From the NCBI GenBank assembly GCA_005889405.1, contig VBFY01000057.1, positions 17,475 to 81,474 on the forward strand: 64,000 nt of DNA, given 5' to 3'. This document shows, piece by piece, positions 33,797-42,964 of the stretch. A program made the position numbers and the translations under genes. The stretch is from Chloroflexota bacterium (lineage in GTDB: Bacteria; Chloroflexota; Limnocylindria; P2-11E). Position 1 is the first letter of the stretch; each line of letters opens with the position of its first letter. The notes beneath the pieces are model-generated. The model was not told the DNA's origin. It made no database searches and was given only the letters and a program-made list of their open reading frames with translations.

Positions 33797-34396
33797 TCAG
33801 CGCTTCTCGGCGTCAGCGCGAAGCCGCTCCGCTTGCTTCCGGGCAAACTCGAGGACGTAGGTGCGTTCGAAGGAGCCGACTCGCCCGGTCACCTCGACAG
33901 CGTCGACGACATTCGCGTAGCGGAACAGCACCGTCAGCGTGAGGAGCACGCTGTCGGCGGTGGGTTGCTGGAACGTGAACGCGCGTGATTCGTCGCCAAT
34001 GACCTCGCCGAGGTCGATCTGGATCGATCCGAGGTCGATCGCCCTCATGCGGAAGTCGTTGGCCGTCGTGGTCGCCGCGGCTTCGTCGGCGGTCGTGATG
34101 AGTATCGAGTCGATCACGCAGCACACGAATGGATCGCCACCCTTGGTGAACGACCGGATGTAGCCGAACGCGAGCCGCTGCTTCAACACCGGCGGTGTGA
34201 TACCGAGGCCGTTCGCGAGGTCGTCCGGACTCATCTCGTCGTCCTTCTCGAGCACGTAGTCCGCTGGCACGTCGGTGGCTTGGAGGATCACGTTCCGCGC
34301 GGCGCCGCGTACCGCGCGAGCAGGCGGACCGCTCGGTGCCAGGGCGGGCGTCGAGCAGGCGAGGACCGCGAAGGCGAGCAGCGCGACGCCGCACCT
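33797..34396 (-). CDS. hypothetical lipoprotein
   Basis: Signal peptide with lipobox (LLAFAVLACSTP). GTG 34396 leaves a 50-nt gap to the divergent GDPD gene; ATG 34462 is possible but would overlap it. Confidence 0.5.
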   Translation of the reverse strand, partial: RCGVALLAFAVLACSTPALAPSGPPARAVRGAARNVILQATDVPADYVLEKDDEMSPDDLANGLGITPPVLKQRLAFGYIRSFTKGGDPFVCCVIDSILITTADEAAATTTANDFRMRAIDLGSIQIDLGEVIGDESRAFTFQQPTADSVLLTLTVLFRYANVVDAVEVTGRVGSFERTYVLEFARKQAERLRADAEKR

Positions 34397-34445
34397 CACG
34401 AGACCACAGTAGTGACGCGCCGACCGGCAAGGCAGAATCCACCGG

Positions 34446-35065
34446 TGCGTCGCATCGGACATCGCGGGGCGATGGGTCATGCCCCGGAGAACACGATCGC
34501 GTCTTTCCAGAAGGCGCTTGACCTCGCGTGCGATGAGGTCGAGACGGACGTCTGGCTGACGCAGGAGGGACGGCTGCTCATATCGCACGATCGGCCGACT
34601 GCCAAGACGACGCTCTCGCTGGACGAGGTCCTCGACTTCTGCCGTGGTCGCCTGGCCGTGAACGTCGAGCTCAAATGCGAGAAGGACGAGACACGCGCGC
34701 GGGAGACCGGAGCGAGCGTGGCCACGCGCCTCGCCGCGCGCGGGCGCGCCGACGTGTACGTCTCGAGCTTCTGGTGGTCCGCGCTCGAGGGCGCGCGCAC
34801 CGCCGCGCCGGCCGTCCGCCGCGCGTTCGTTTACAGCGATTCGCCCGACCGCGCGGCGCTGTTCGCGAGCGCAAAGGCGCTCGCACTGTGGGCGCTGCAC
34901 CCGAACCGCGCGTACGTCACACAGGAGCTCGTCCGTGCGGCGCACGCGGCGTCGCTGCGCGTGAACGCGTGGACCGTGAACGACGCGAAGGAGATCACGC
35001 AGTTCCGCAACTGGTCCGTCGACGGGATCATGTCGGACTTTCCGGAGCGCGTGCCGAAGGACTAA
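34446..35065 (+). CDS. glycerophosphodiester phosphodiesterase
   Basis: [12 protein letters not shown] catalytic motif at the very N-terminus (GTG 34446); the rest of the 261-aa track ORF upstream overlaps the lipoprotein gene. Confidence 0.7.
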
Positions 35066-36564
35066 GCCCCGGCCGGAGCGCTCGGGGCCCACCCGCGCGA
35101 ACGCTCGACGGCGAGATGCCACTGTGCATACAGCTTCTCGCGCTCGTCGCGAGACATCTTCGGCTCGTAGCGCGCCGCGATCGCCCGCCGTTTGCGCAGC
35201 TCGTCGGGTGTTTTCCAAACACCGACCGCAAGGCCAGCGAGGAACGCGGCGCCGAGGGCCGTGGTCTCACGGACCGCCGCGACCTCCACGGGAACACCGA
35301 GGAGATCGGACTGGAACTGCATCAGGAAGCGATTGACGGTGCCACCACCATCCGCGCGCAACACGTCGATGGGCTGACCGGCCGCGCGCATCGCCTCGAC
35401 GAGGTCGCGCGTCTGGTAGGCGATGCTCTCGAGCGTCGCGCGCGCCAGGTGCGCGCGCGTCGTGCCGCGCTCGATCCCGATGAGCAGACCGCGGGCGTAC
35501 ATGTCCCAGTGCGGCGCGCCGAGGCCGGTGAAGGCGGGAACGAAGTACACGCCGTCGTTACCGTCGAGACTCGTCGCGAGCGCCTCGGTCTCCTCGGCAC
35601 GCGCGATGACGCCGAGGCCGTCGCGCAGCCACTGCACCGCGGCGCCAGTGATGAACGCGCTTCCCTCGAGCGCGAACCGCGCACCGTCGCCGATGTCCCA
35701 GGCGATCGTCGTCAGCAGGCCGCGGCGCGCCGGCGCGGCGATCTCGCCGGTGTTCGCGAGCAGGAAGCAACCGGTGCCGTAGGTGTTCTTCGCTTCTCCA
35801 GGCGCGAAGCAGGCCTGGCCGAAGAGTGCGGCCTGCTGATCGCCCGCGATCCCGGCGATCGGCAGCGCCGCGCCGAACGGCGCGGGATCCGTCTCGCCGG
35901 AGACACCCATCGACGGCACCGGCTTCGCGAACATCACCCTCGGCAGATCGAGCGCGGCGAGGAGCTCATCATCCCAGCGCTGCCGGTGGATGTCGAAGAC
36001 CATCGTCCGCGAGGCGTTCGACACATCGGTGACATGCACGCGGCCGCCGGTGAGCTTCCACACCAGCCAGGTGTCGATCGTTCCGCAGAGCAGCTCGCCG
36101 GCTTTCGCGCGTGCTTGCGCGCCGGGAACTTGATCGAGGATCCAGCGCACCTTGGTCGCGGAGAAGTAGGCGTCGATCACCAGACCGGTGCGCTCGCGTA
36201 CCAGCGTCTCGAGCCCGCGCGCCCGCAGCTCCTCGCAGATCTGCGCGCTCGCGCGGCTCTGCCACACCACCGCGGGGTGGATCGGTCGGCCGGTCGCGCG
36301 TTCCCACACGACCGTGGTCTCTCGCTGGTTCGTGATGCCGATAGCGGCGATGTCGCGCGCGCGGACGCCGGCCGCCGCGAGCGCCTCGCGCCCGATGGCG
36401 ACAGTCGTCGCGAAGATCTCGTCCGGGTCGTGCTCGACGTGGCCCGACGCGGGATAACTCTGGGCGATCTCGCGGTCGGCGCTGCCGCGGACGGCTCCCG
36501 CTTCGTCGAAGACGAGCGCGGCCGAGCCGGTCGTTCCCTGGTCGAGGGCGAGGACGAACGTCAC
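35062..36564 (-). CDS. glpK: glycerol kinase
   Basis: [35 protein letters not shown]; 500 aa. GTG overlaps the glpD stop (GTGA). The 782-aa track ORF is an upstream in-frame extension into glpD. Confidence 0.95.
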   Translation of the reverse strand: MTFVLALDQGTTGSAALVFDEAGAVRGSADREIAQSYPASGHVEHDPDEIFATTVAIGREALAAAGVRARDIAAIGITNQRETTVVWERATGRPIHPAVVWQSRASAQICEELRARGLETLVRERTGLVIDAYFSATKVRWILDQVPGAQARAKAGELLCGTIDTWLVWKLTGGRVHVTDVSNASRTMVFDIHRQRWDDELLAALDLPRVMFAKPVPSMGVSGETDPAPFGAALPIAGIAGDQQAALFGQACFAPGEAKNTYGTGCFLLANTGEIAAPARRGLLTTIAWDIGDGARFALEGSAFITGAAVQWLRDGLGVIARAEETEALATSLDGNDGVYFVPAFTGLGAPHWDMYARGLLIGIERGTTRAHLARATLESIAYQTRDLVEAMRAAGQPIDVLRADGGGTVNRFLMQFQSDLLGVPVEVAAVRETTALGAAFLAGLAVGVWKTPDELRKRRAIAARYEPKMSRDEREKLYAQWHLAVERSRGWAPSAPAGA

Positions 36565-38072
36565 TTCACGCTGAAGCGACGCATGGGTTCGACCTCGCGA
36601 CAGTAAGCGGCGATCTCTCTCGCTCGCCGCTCCGCGTCCCAACCGAGAAGACGGCCCATCAGCTCCGCGACCGCGTCGACGCAGTCGAGGCCCTGACACG
36701 GGGCCAGGCCGAGGGCGGTCCGTCGCAACAGCGCGTCGCCGATCGTGAGCGCCCACTCGTGGCGGACGGCGTGGACGATCTCGGCGGCGACGCCGTGGTG
36801 ATGTGGACAGAGCGGCGTGGCGAGGGACGGATCGCTGGCGGCGAGCGCGGCGATCGCGCGTGCGCGCGAGCCGTCGGCGCCGGGCAGCATCGCCTCCGCG
36901 GTCGACGCCCGTTGGTCGCGCCCGAGCTTTCGCGCCGCGAGGTCGGTGACCTCTTCGGCGATCGCGCGGTAGGCCGTGATCTTCCCGCCGACGACGGACA
37001 GCACGCCCGCGACGCCGTCGCGGCGCTGGTGGTCGTACAGCGCGTGCTTGCGCGATACCTCGCCCTCGCTGACACCCTCCTCGCGGACGAGTGCGCGCAC
37101 GCCGGCCCAGGTGAAGAAGATCTCGTCGAACGGCGCGTTCGGGAACGCTCGTCGCGCCTCCTCCCGCAGATAGCGCACGTCCTCCTCGGTTGCGGCGGCG
37201 GCCGCCGGATCGCCGTCGAAATCCGTGTCGGTCGTGCCGACGATCGAGGCGTCGAGCCACGGGACGACGAAAAAGAGCCGATCGTCGCGACGCGCGAACA
37301 GCACGTGGGCCTGCTGCGTGGCGCGCGGCGTGACGAGATGGATCCCCTTCGTCAGACGAAGCAGTGGCTTCGCGCCACTTCGCAGCGGCGCGATCGTGCG
37401 ATCGAGCCACGGACCGGTCGCGTTCACGGTCAGGCGGCCGCGCAGGGCGAGCTCGACACCGGCCATCCGGTCGAGCACCACCGCGCCGCCGACGCGGTCA
37501 CCATCGCGGAGGTAGGAATTCGCGCGCGCGTGGTTGAGCACGAGCGCGCCGTGAGTCGCGGCATCGACCACGTTCTCGATCACGAGGCGCTCCACCAGCG
37601 GAACCTGCGCGTCGTAGAAGCGCCAGGCACCTTGCAGTCCCTCCGGATCGAGCGCGGGCTCCGCCGCGAGCGTCTCCTCGCGACCCAACCACCTGCGCTT
37701 CGGGAGGCTCTTGTCGAGCGAGAGGATGTCGTAGAGCTGCATGCCGATCCGCAGCTTCGCCTGGTACCAGAGGCTCGGCCGATAGAGCGGCAGGAGGAAC
37801 GGAAGGGGGAAGACGAGGTGCGGCGCGATGCGGAGGAGGATCTCGCGCTCGCGCATGTCGCCGCGCACGAGCGCGAAGTCGAAGAGCTCGAGGTAGCGGA
37901 GGCCGCCGTGAATGAGCCGTGTCGGTCGCGAGGTGGTCCCGGAGGCGAAGTCCTCCTGCTCGACGAGCGCGACCGAGAGCCCACGGAGCGCCGCGTCACG
38001 CGCGATCCCCGCTCCGATGATGCCGCCGCCGATGATCAGGAGATCGACGGTGCGGCCGCTCAGCGACCGCAC
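36561..38072 (-). CDS. glpD: FAD-dependent glycerol-3-phosphate dehydrogenase
   Basis: [25 protein letters not shown]-binding fold and the GlpD C-terminal domain; 503 aa. Confidence 0.9.
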   Translation of the reverse strand: MRSLSGRTVDLLIIGGGIIGAGIARDAALRGLSVALVEQEDFASGTTSRPTRLIHGGLRYLELFDFALVRGDMREREILLRIAPHLVFPLPFLLPLYRPSLWYQAKLRIGMQLYDILSLDKSLPKRRWLGREETLAAEPALDPEGLQGAWRFYDAQVPLVERLVIENVVDAATHGALVLNHARANSYLRDGDRVGGAVVLDRMAGVELALRGRLTVNATGPWLDRTIAPLRSGAKPLLRLTKGIHLVTPRATQQAHVLFARRDDRLFFVVPWLDASIVGTTDTDFDGDPAAAAATEEDVRYLREEARRAFPNAPFDEIFFTWAGVRALVREEGVSEGEVSRKHALYDHQRRDGVAGVLSVVGGKITAYRAIAEEVTDLAARKLGRDQRASTAEAMLPGADGSRARAIAALAASDPSLATPLCPHHHGVAAEIVHAVRHEWALTIGDALLRRTALGLAPCQGLDCVDAVAELMGRLLGWDAERRAREIAAYCREVEPMRRFSVK

Positions 38073-38089
38073 CGTCTCTTCTCGTGTGG

Positions 38090-39481
38090 TTATGGATTCG
38101 CCTTGTTGTACTTGTCGATCTGCGTGTTCATGTCCTCGACGGCGGCATCGAGCGCCGCCTGCGTCGTGGCCTGCCCGAGCAGGACCGACTCGATCATCTT
38201 CTGGGTGCGCTGGCGGGCCTGCGGCATGACGCCCAGCACCGCGCCGTTGGTCATTCGGTTCTGCGGCGAGTCACGGATCTCGGTGATCGCCGTGAGGAAC
38301 TGCGGGTACTTCGTCGACCAGTCCTTGCTCGGACCCTGGTCGTACGCTGCCTTCACGATCGGGTAGTAGCCCGTGTCCGATTGCCACTGCGCCTGCACGG
38401 CCGGTGTCATCGCGTACTTCACGAATTCCCATGCGGCCTGCTGCTCGGCTGGCGGCCGGCTCTTCATGATGTAGAGCGAAGCGCCGCCGATGATGTTGCC
38501 GCCGGTCGCCGGTTTGCTGTCCGGCCGTGGGTAGAGACCGGCGCCGAGCTCGAACTTGCCGGCGATGGTGGTGATGTGGCCGCGGAGCCGCGCAATGCTT
38601 TCGATGTACATCGCGGTCTTCTGCGCGTTGAACGCGTTGGCGGCACCGTCGTTGTCGATGCCCGGGTTGTAAAAGTAGCCGCCATCGACGCCGGCCTTCC
38701 ACCAGTCGAGGATCGCCTTGCCGGCGGCGCTGTTGTACACGACCTTCGTCGCGCGGTTGTCGCGACCGTTGCCGTTGTCGGCGTACAGCGCGCCGGACGT
38801 CGCCATGAGCTGCTCGAAGAGCCAGCCGTAGATCGACGGCCCGAAGCCGAACCGGACGGTCGCCCCGCTCGCGTCCTTCTTGGTCAGCTTCTTCGCGGCC
38901 TCGGTGATCTCGGTGAACGTCACCGGAGGCTTGGCTGGGTCGAGGCCGACCTCTTTGAACGCGTCCTTGTTGAAGTAGAGGATCGGCGCTGACGCGTTGA
39001 AGGGCATGCTCTGAAGCTTGTCCTGGTACTTGTAGTAGTTGATGACCGCGGGCTCGAAGTCCGAGGTGTTGAACTTGTCGCGGTCGATGAACGCCTGCAT
39101 CGGCACGACCTGGCCGCTGTCGTACATGTAGCGCTGACCGATGTCGTACACCTGCACGAGGGCCGGTGCCGCGTTCGACGCGATAGCTGTGTTGAGCTTC
39201 GCGAGCAGGTCGTCGTAGGTGCCCTGGAAGACCGCCTCGACCTTGATCTTGCTCTGGCTGCTGTTGAAGCCGGCGACGATCTTGTTGAGCGCGTCGCCGT
39301 TGACGCCCGACATCGCGTGCCACCAGGTGAGCGTCGCGGCCGGCGCGACGTCCTTCGCGGGCGCGAGCGCGCTCATGTCCGCGGGAGCGCCGCTCGGCGC
39401 GGTGCCACCGGTGGGCGTCGTGCCACCGCAGGCCGCGGCGGCCATCGTGAATGCGAGAGCGAGCGTTGTGAGTCTGCGCAT
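38090..39481 (-). CDS. ABC transporter substrate-binding lipoprotein (family 1, UgpB-like)
   Basis: Lipobox LALAFTMAAAACGG; SBP_bac_1-like length and composition. Confidence 0.85.
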   Translation of the reverse strand: MRRLTTLALAFTMAAAACGGTTPTGGTAPSGAPADMSALAPAKDVAPAATLTWWHAMSGVNGDALNKIVAGFNSSQSKIKVEAVFQGTYDDLLAKLNTAIASNAAPALVQVYDIGQRYMYDSGQVVPMQAFIDRDKFNTSDFEPAVINYYKYQDKLQSMPFNASAPILYFNKDAFKEVGLDPAKPPVTFTEITEAAKKLTKKDASGATVRFGFGPSIYGWLFEQLMATSGALYADNGNGRDNRATKVVYNSAAGKAILDWWKAGVDGGYFYNPGIDNDGAANAFNAQKTAMYIESIARLRGHITTIAGKFELGAGLYPRPDSKPATGGNIIGGASLYIMKSRPPAEQQAAWEFVKYAMTPAVQAQWQSDTGYYPIVKAAYDQGPSKDWSTKYPQFLTAITEIRDSPQNRMTNGAVLGVMPQARQRTQKMIESVLLGQATTQAALDAAVEDMNTQIDKYNKANP

Positions 39482-39497
39482 CTTTCCCTCCTGCGTC

Positions 39498-40376
39498 CTA
39501 GCCCTTGACCGCCCCGGCGGTGAGGCCTCGGATCAACTGACGCTGACCCAGCACGAGCAGGGCGAGCGTCGGTACGGCGACCATGATGACACCGGCCATG
39601 ACCAGGCCCCAGCGGAGCGTTTCCTCGAAGCGCAGCTGCGCGATCCCTACCTGCGTCGTGCGCATGAGTGTCTGGTTCGTGATGAGGAGCGGCCAGAAGT
39701 ACTGGTTGTACGTCGACAGGAAGCCATAGATCGCGACGGTGCCCAGTGCCGGCCGCGACAGCGGGATCACGGTCGAGATGAGGAAGCGGAATGTCGTCGC
39801 GCCGTCAATCCGCGCCGCATCCCAGAGCTCACGCGGGATCTGCATGAAAGCCTGCCGGAGGAGGAACGTGCCGAAGGCCGTGGCCATGAACGGGACGGCC
39901 AGTCCTTGGTATGTATCGAGCCATCCGATCGTCCTGATGGTGATGTAGTTCGGGATGATCGTGGCCTCCCACGGGATCATCAGCGTGCTGAGGAACAGGA
40001 AGAACAGCAGCTGCCGTCCGCGGAACACGAGGAACGAGAACGCGTAGGCCGCGAGGCTCGCGGTGAGAAGCTGGCCGACCACCACGGCCGATGACACGAC
40101 GAAGCTGTTCAGCAGGTAGCGGACGATCGGGATCGTCGCGAAGACCGTGCCGTAGTTGTCCAGGTTGGGCGCCGCCGGAAGGATCGGCGGCGGGAAGGTC
40201 GCGATCTCCGATTCGCTCATCAGTGAGTACGAGAGGGCGAGCAGCAGCGGGAACGCGACGATGATCGAACCGACAACGAGCAGTGCGTAGTTCGCGACCC
40301 TGCTTAGTCTCACTGGTACTCGCTCCGCTCGTCCAGTTCGCTCGTCTCTCCGCGTCGGCTGCGGCCGCCGCTCCAC
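39498..40376 (-). CDS. ABC transporter permease (UgpE/MalG-like)
   Basis: Six TM helices and the EAA loop (DAARIDGATTFRF). Confidence 0.85.
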   Translation of the reverse strand: MERRPQPTRRDERTGRAERVPVRLSRVANYALLVVGSIIVAFPLLLALSYSLMSESEIATFPPPILPAAPNLDNYGTVFATIPIVRYLLNSFVVSSAVVVGQLLTASLAAYAFSFLVFRGRQLLFFLFLSTLMIPWEATIIPNYITIRTIGWLDTYQGLAVPFMATAFGTFLLRQAFMQIPRELWDAARIDGATTFRFLISTVIPLSRPALGTVAIYGFLSTYNQYFWPLLITNQTLMRTTQVGIAQLRFEETLRWGLVMAGVIMVAVPTLALLVLGQRQLIRGLTAGAVKG

Positions 40377-40383
40377 TCCTCGC

Positions 40384-41274
40384 TCACTGGTAATGCACGA
40401 GGCGCTCGACGAAGCGGAACTGGATGAGCGTGAGACCCATCACCAGCACGAGCAGGATCACTGCCTGGCTGCTCGCGAAGCCGAACTGGAAGTTCTGGAA
40501 CGCGTCCTGGTAGATGCTGTAAACGAGCACCCGCGTCGCGTCCACCGGGCCACCGCGTGTCATGACGTGGATCTGCGTGAACGCCTGGAGCACCGCGACG
40601 GTGTCCACGACGAACAGGAAGAAGAGCGACGGCGAAACCATCGGGATCGTGATCCGCGTGAACATCCGCAGGCCACGTGCGCCGTCGAGGCGCGCGGCTT
40701 CGTAGATCTCCTCCGGCACGCCCTGGAGGCCAGACAGCAGCACGATGATGTTCGTCCCGAGCGTCAACCAGATCGTCGTGATCGAGACGGCGATGATCGC
40801 GGTCGTCGGCTGGATCAGCCATTCGGGTCCGTGGATCCCGACCCGTGACAGGACGTAGTTGAGGAGACCCAGGCTCGGGTTGAAGAGCAGGAGCCAGATG
40901 AGCGCGCCGACCGCCGCGGAGATGGCGATCGTACTCGACATCATCGTTCGGAAAACGTTGATCGCGCGGAGACGTTGGTTCAGAAGGACCGCGAGGACGA
41001 GGCCGAGCGCGATGCCGATCGGCACCGTGTAGAGCGCGAAGATCGCCGTCGCGAGCAGGCCGGTGCGGAACGCCGGCGACGTAAGCAGCTCGAGGTAGTG
41101 ATCGAGCCCGGCGAAGGTGCTGATCGCGCCGGTGGAACGCGTATTGAAGAAGCTCAGGTAGATGGTCTGCGCGAGCGGGACGAACACGAACGCCGCGAAC
41201 AGGACGAGCGACGGCGCGAGGTACGCGAGACCGATGCCGAGCGATCGCAGGTCGCGCGAGGTCCAGCGCATCAC
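40384..41274 (-). CDS. ABC transporter permease (UgpA/MalF-like)
   Basis: Six TM helices and EAA loop (YEAARLDGARGLRMF); start overlaps the stop of the upstream hom-like gene. Confidence 0.85.
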   Translation of the reverse strand: MMRWTSRDLRSLGIGLAYLAPSLVLFAAFVFVPLAQTIYLSFFNTRSTGAISTFAGLDHYLELLTSPAFRTGLLATAIFALYTVPIGIALGLVLAVLLNQRLRAINVFRTMMSSTIAISAAVGALIWLLLFNPSLGLLNYVLSRVGIHGPEWLIQPTTAIIAVSITTIWLTLGTNIIVLLSGLQGVPEEIYEAARLDGARGLRMFTRITIPMVSPSLFFLFVVDTVAVLQAFTQIHVMTRGGPVDATRVLVYSIYQDAFQNFQFGFASSQAVILLVLVMGLTLIQFRFVERLVHYQ

Positions 41275-42248
41275 GGTCGCGGCATCGTACCGCTGATCTC
41301 GAGCAGGTCGGTGAGGATCGCGTACGCGACCTGGTCGACGTGCGGGTCGTGAAGCTGGACCACGACGCGGCCGGCGAGGTCGGTCTCGAAAACGAGGCCC
41401 ATCGAGAAGTCGTCGACCGCGAAGAGCGGGTCCATCGGAGCGAGCCGCCGCGGACCGAATGAGGCGACGACCTTCCCGCCGCGGCGCGCGATCTCGATCA
41501 GCGGCCGGACGCGATCGCCGTTGTCGGCCGCGGCACGCGCTGCCGTTGCCGCGCGCTCGTCGATCGGCTCGCGCGCGATGTCTTCAGGCACAAGCTCCGC
41601 TCCCATGAGCACGTTCGCGAGGATCGTGGCCTTCGCCGCCGCGTCGTGGCCCTCGAGATCATTGCGTGGGTCGGCCTCGGCGATGCCGAGCCGCTGTGCG
41701 TCCGCGAGCGCGTCCTCAAAGGGGACGCCTGTCGCTGCCGCGCTCAGGATGTGGTTGTTCGTGCTCGAAACGATGCCGCGGATCGCGGTGATGGTCGCCA
41801 GCGGCAGCGCCGCGCGACGCAGCGTGAAGACCGGCAGGCAGTCGGCCAGCGTCGCCTCGAAGCGCAGCATCCGGCCCTGCTTCGTCGCGAGCGCCTCCAG
41901 CTCACGGTAGGCGCGCGCGATCGGCCCCTTGTTCGCGGTCACGACGTGCATGCCGGCGGTGAGGGCGTTGCGGACATAGCCGAGAGCTGGCTCGCCAGAC
42001 ACCGGATCGAGGGGCGTCATCTCGACCAGCACGTCCGCGGGGACGGATGCGATCGGCGGCAGTTCGCGGAGTGGCAGATCCGTGCCCGCGAGGATCGTGC
42101 CGAGATCGATGCCCGCCGCGTCCACGACGGCGCCGTGCCGCTTCGTCGCGAGCGCGGTGACGACAAAGGGTGCTTTCGTCTCCAGGAGGGTCCGGGCGAG
42201 CGCACGACCGACGTTACCGAAGCCGAACAGCGCGAGGCGCACCGGCAC
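41271..42248 (-). CDS. homoserine dehydrogenase-family oxidoreductase (no ACT domain)
   Basis: LALFGFGNVG NAD-binding motif, VVTANKGP, and the DLEGHDAAAKATILAN dimerisation/catalytic motif; 325 aa. Confidence 0.7.
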   Translation of the reverse strand: MPVRLALFGFGNVGRALARTLLETKAPFVVTALATKRHGAVVDAAGIDLGTILAGTDLPLRELPPIASVPADVLVEMTPLDPVSGEPALGYVRNALTAGMHVVTANKGPIARAYRELEALATKQGRMLRFEATLADCLPVFTLRRAALPLATITAIRGIVSSTNNHILSAAATGVPFEDALADAQRLGIAEADPRNDLEGHDAAAKATILANVLMGAELVPEDIAREPIDERAATAARAAADNGDRVRPLIEIARRGGKVVASFGPRRLAPMDPLFAVDDFSMGLVFETDLAGRVVVQLHDPHVDQVAYAILTDLLEISGTMPRP

Positions 42249-42349
42249 CGCGCGAACGGTATCCTTGTTATCGATACGCGTCCGCGGGGCCCCACCGGCG
42301 TTTTCGGTGGAGCCCCTTTTCGGCGTCCATATAGATAAGGAGAGAAGAC

Positions 42350-42964
42350 CTGGTCCGTCTGGCGAAACTCTTCCAGCGCCGCGCCCCGCCGCGCGTCGAT
42401 CGCCTCGTTGTCGGCCTCGGTAATCCGGGCGACGGGTATGCGAACACGCGCCACAACGTCGGTTTCCAGGTCGCGAACCGACTCGCGAAGCGGGCGCGGC
42501 TCGAGTTCGACACCAAGGCCGCGGAGTCGCGCATCGCAGAGGGCTCGCTCGGCGATCTCCGCATCGCGATCGCGCGCCCGCAGACGTTCATGAACGACAG
42601 CGGCCGCGCCGTCGGAAAGCTGCTCGACCGCTACCGGCTCACGCCGGACGCGCTCCTCGTCGTCTTCGACGAGGTCGACCTGCCTCTCGGCAAGGTGCGG
42701 CTACGGGAGCGTGGGGGTCCGGGGACGCACAACGGGATGCGCTCGATCACGAGCGAGATCGGCCAGGCCTTTCCGCGCCTGCGGATCGGCGTCGCCCCGG
42801 TGGATCCGACCGTCGAGATCGCCGACCTCGCGCAGTACGTGCTGTCGCCGTTCGCGCCCGATGAACGCGCCGAGGCGGACCAGGTGATCCTCCGCGGGGC
42901 GGAGGCGGCGGAGGTCGCGGTCCGCGATGGCATCAAGAAAGCCATGGAGAAGTTCAATGGCTAG
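42350..42964 (+). CDS. pth: peptidyl-tRNA hydrolase
   Basis: VVGLGNPG...NTRHNVGF and the C-terminal GTHNG motifs. Between the in-frame TAG upstream and the conserved N-terminus the only possible start is CTG 42350, which has an AAGGAGA SD 6 nt upstream. Confidence 0.85.
   Translation: MVRLAKLFQRRAPPRVDRLVVGLGNPGDGYANTRHNVGFQVANRLAKRARLEFDTKAAESRIAEGSLGDLRIAIARPQTFMNDSGRAVGKLLDRYRLTPDALLVVFDEVDLPLGKVRLRERGGPGTHNGMRSITSEIGQAFPRLRIGVAPVDPTVEIADLAQYVLSPFAPDERAEADQVILRGAEAAEVAVRDGIKKAMEKFNG

Noticed and set aside
35062-37410. 782-aa ORF suggesting an N-terminally extended glycerol kinase
   Set aside because: GlpK homology starts at [12 protein letters not shown] (GTG 36564). The upstream 280 codons are a low-complexity alternative frame of glpD.
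42249-42349. Hairpin CCACCGGCG-UUUU-CGGUGG in the hom/pth divergent region as a terminator or tRNA-like element
   Set aside because: It lies between two divergent starts, so it has no terminator role. It has no cloverleaf, so it is not a tRNA. It is likely just promoter-region secondary structure.
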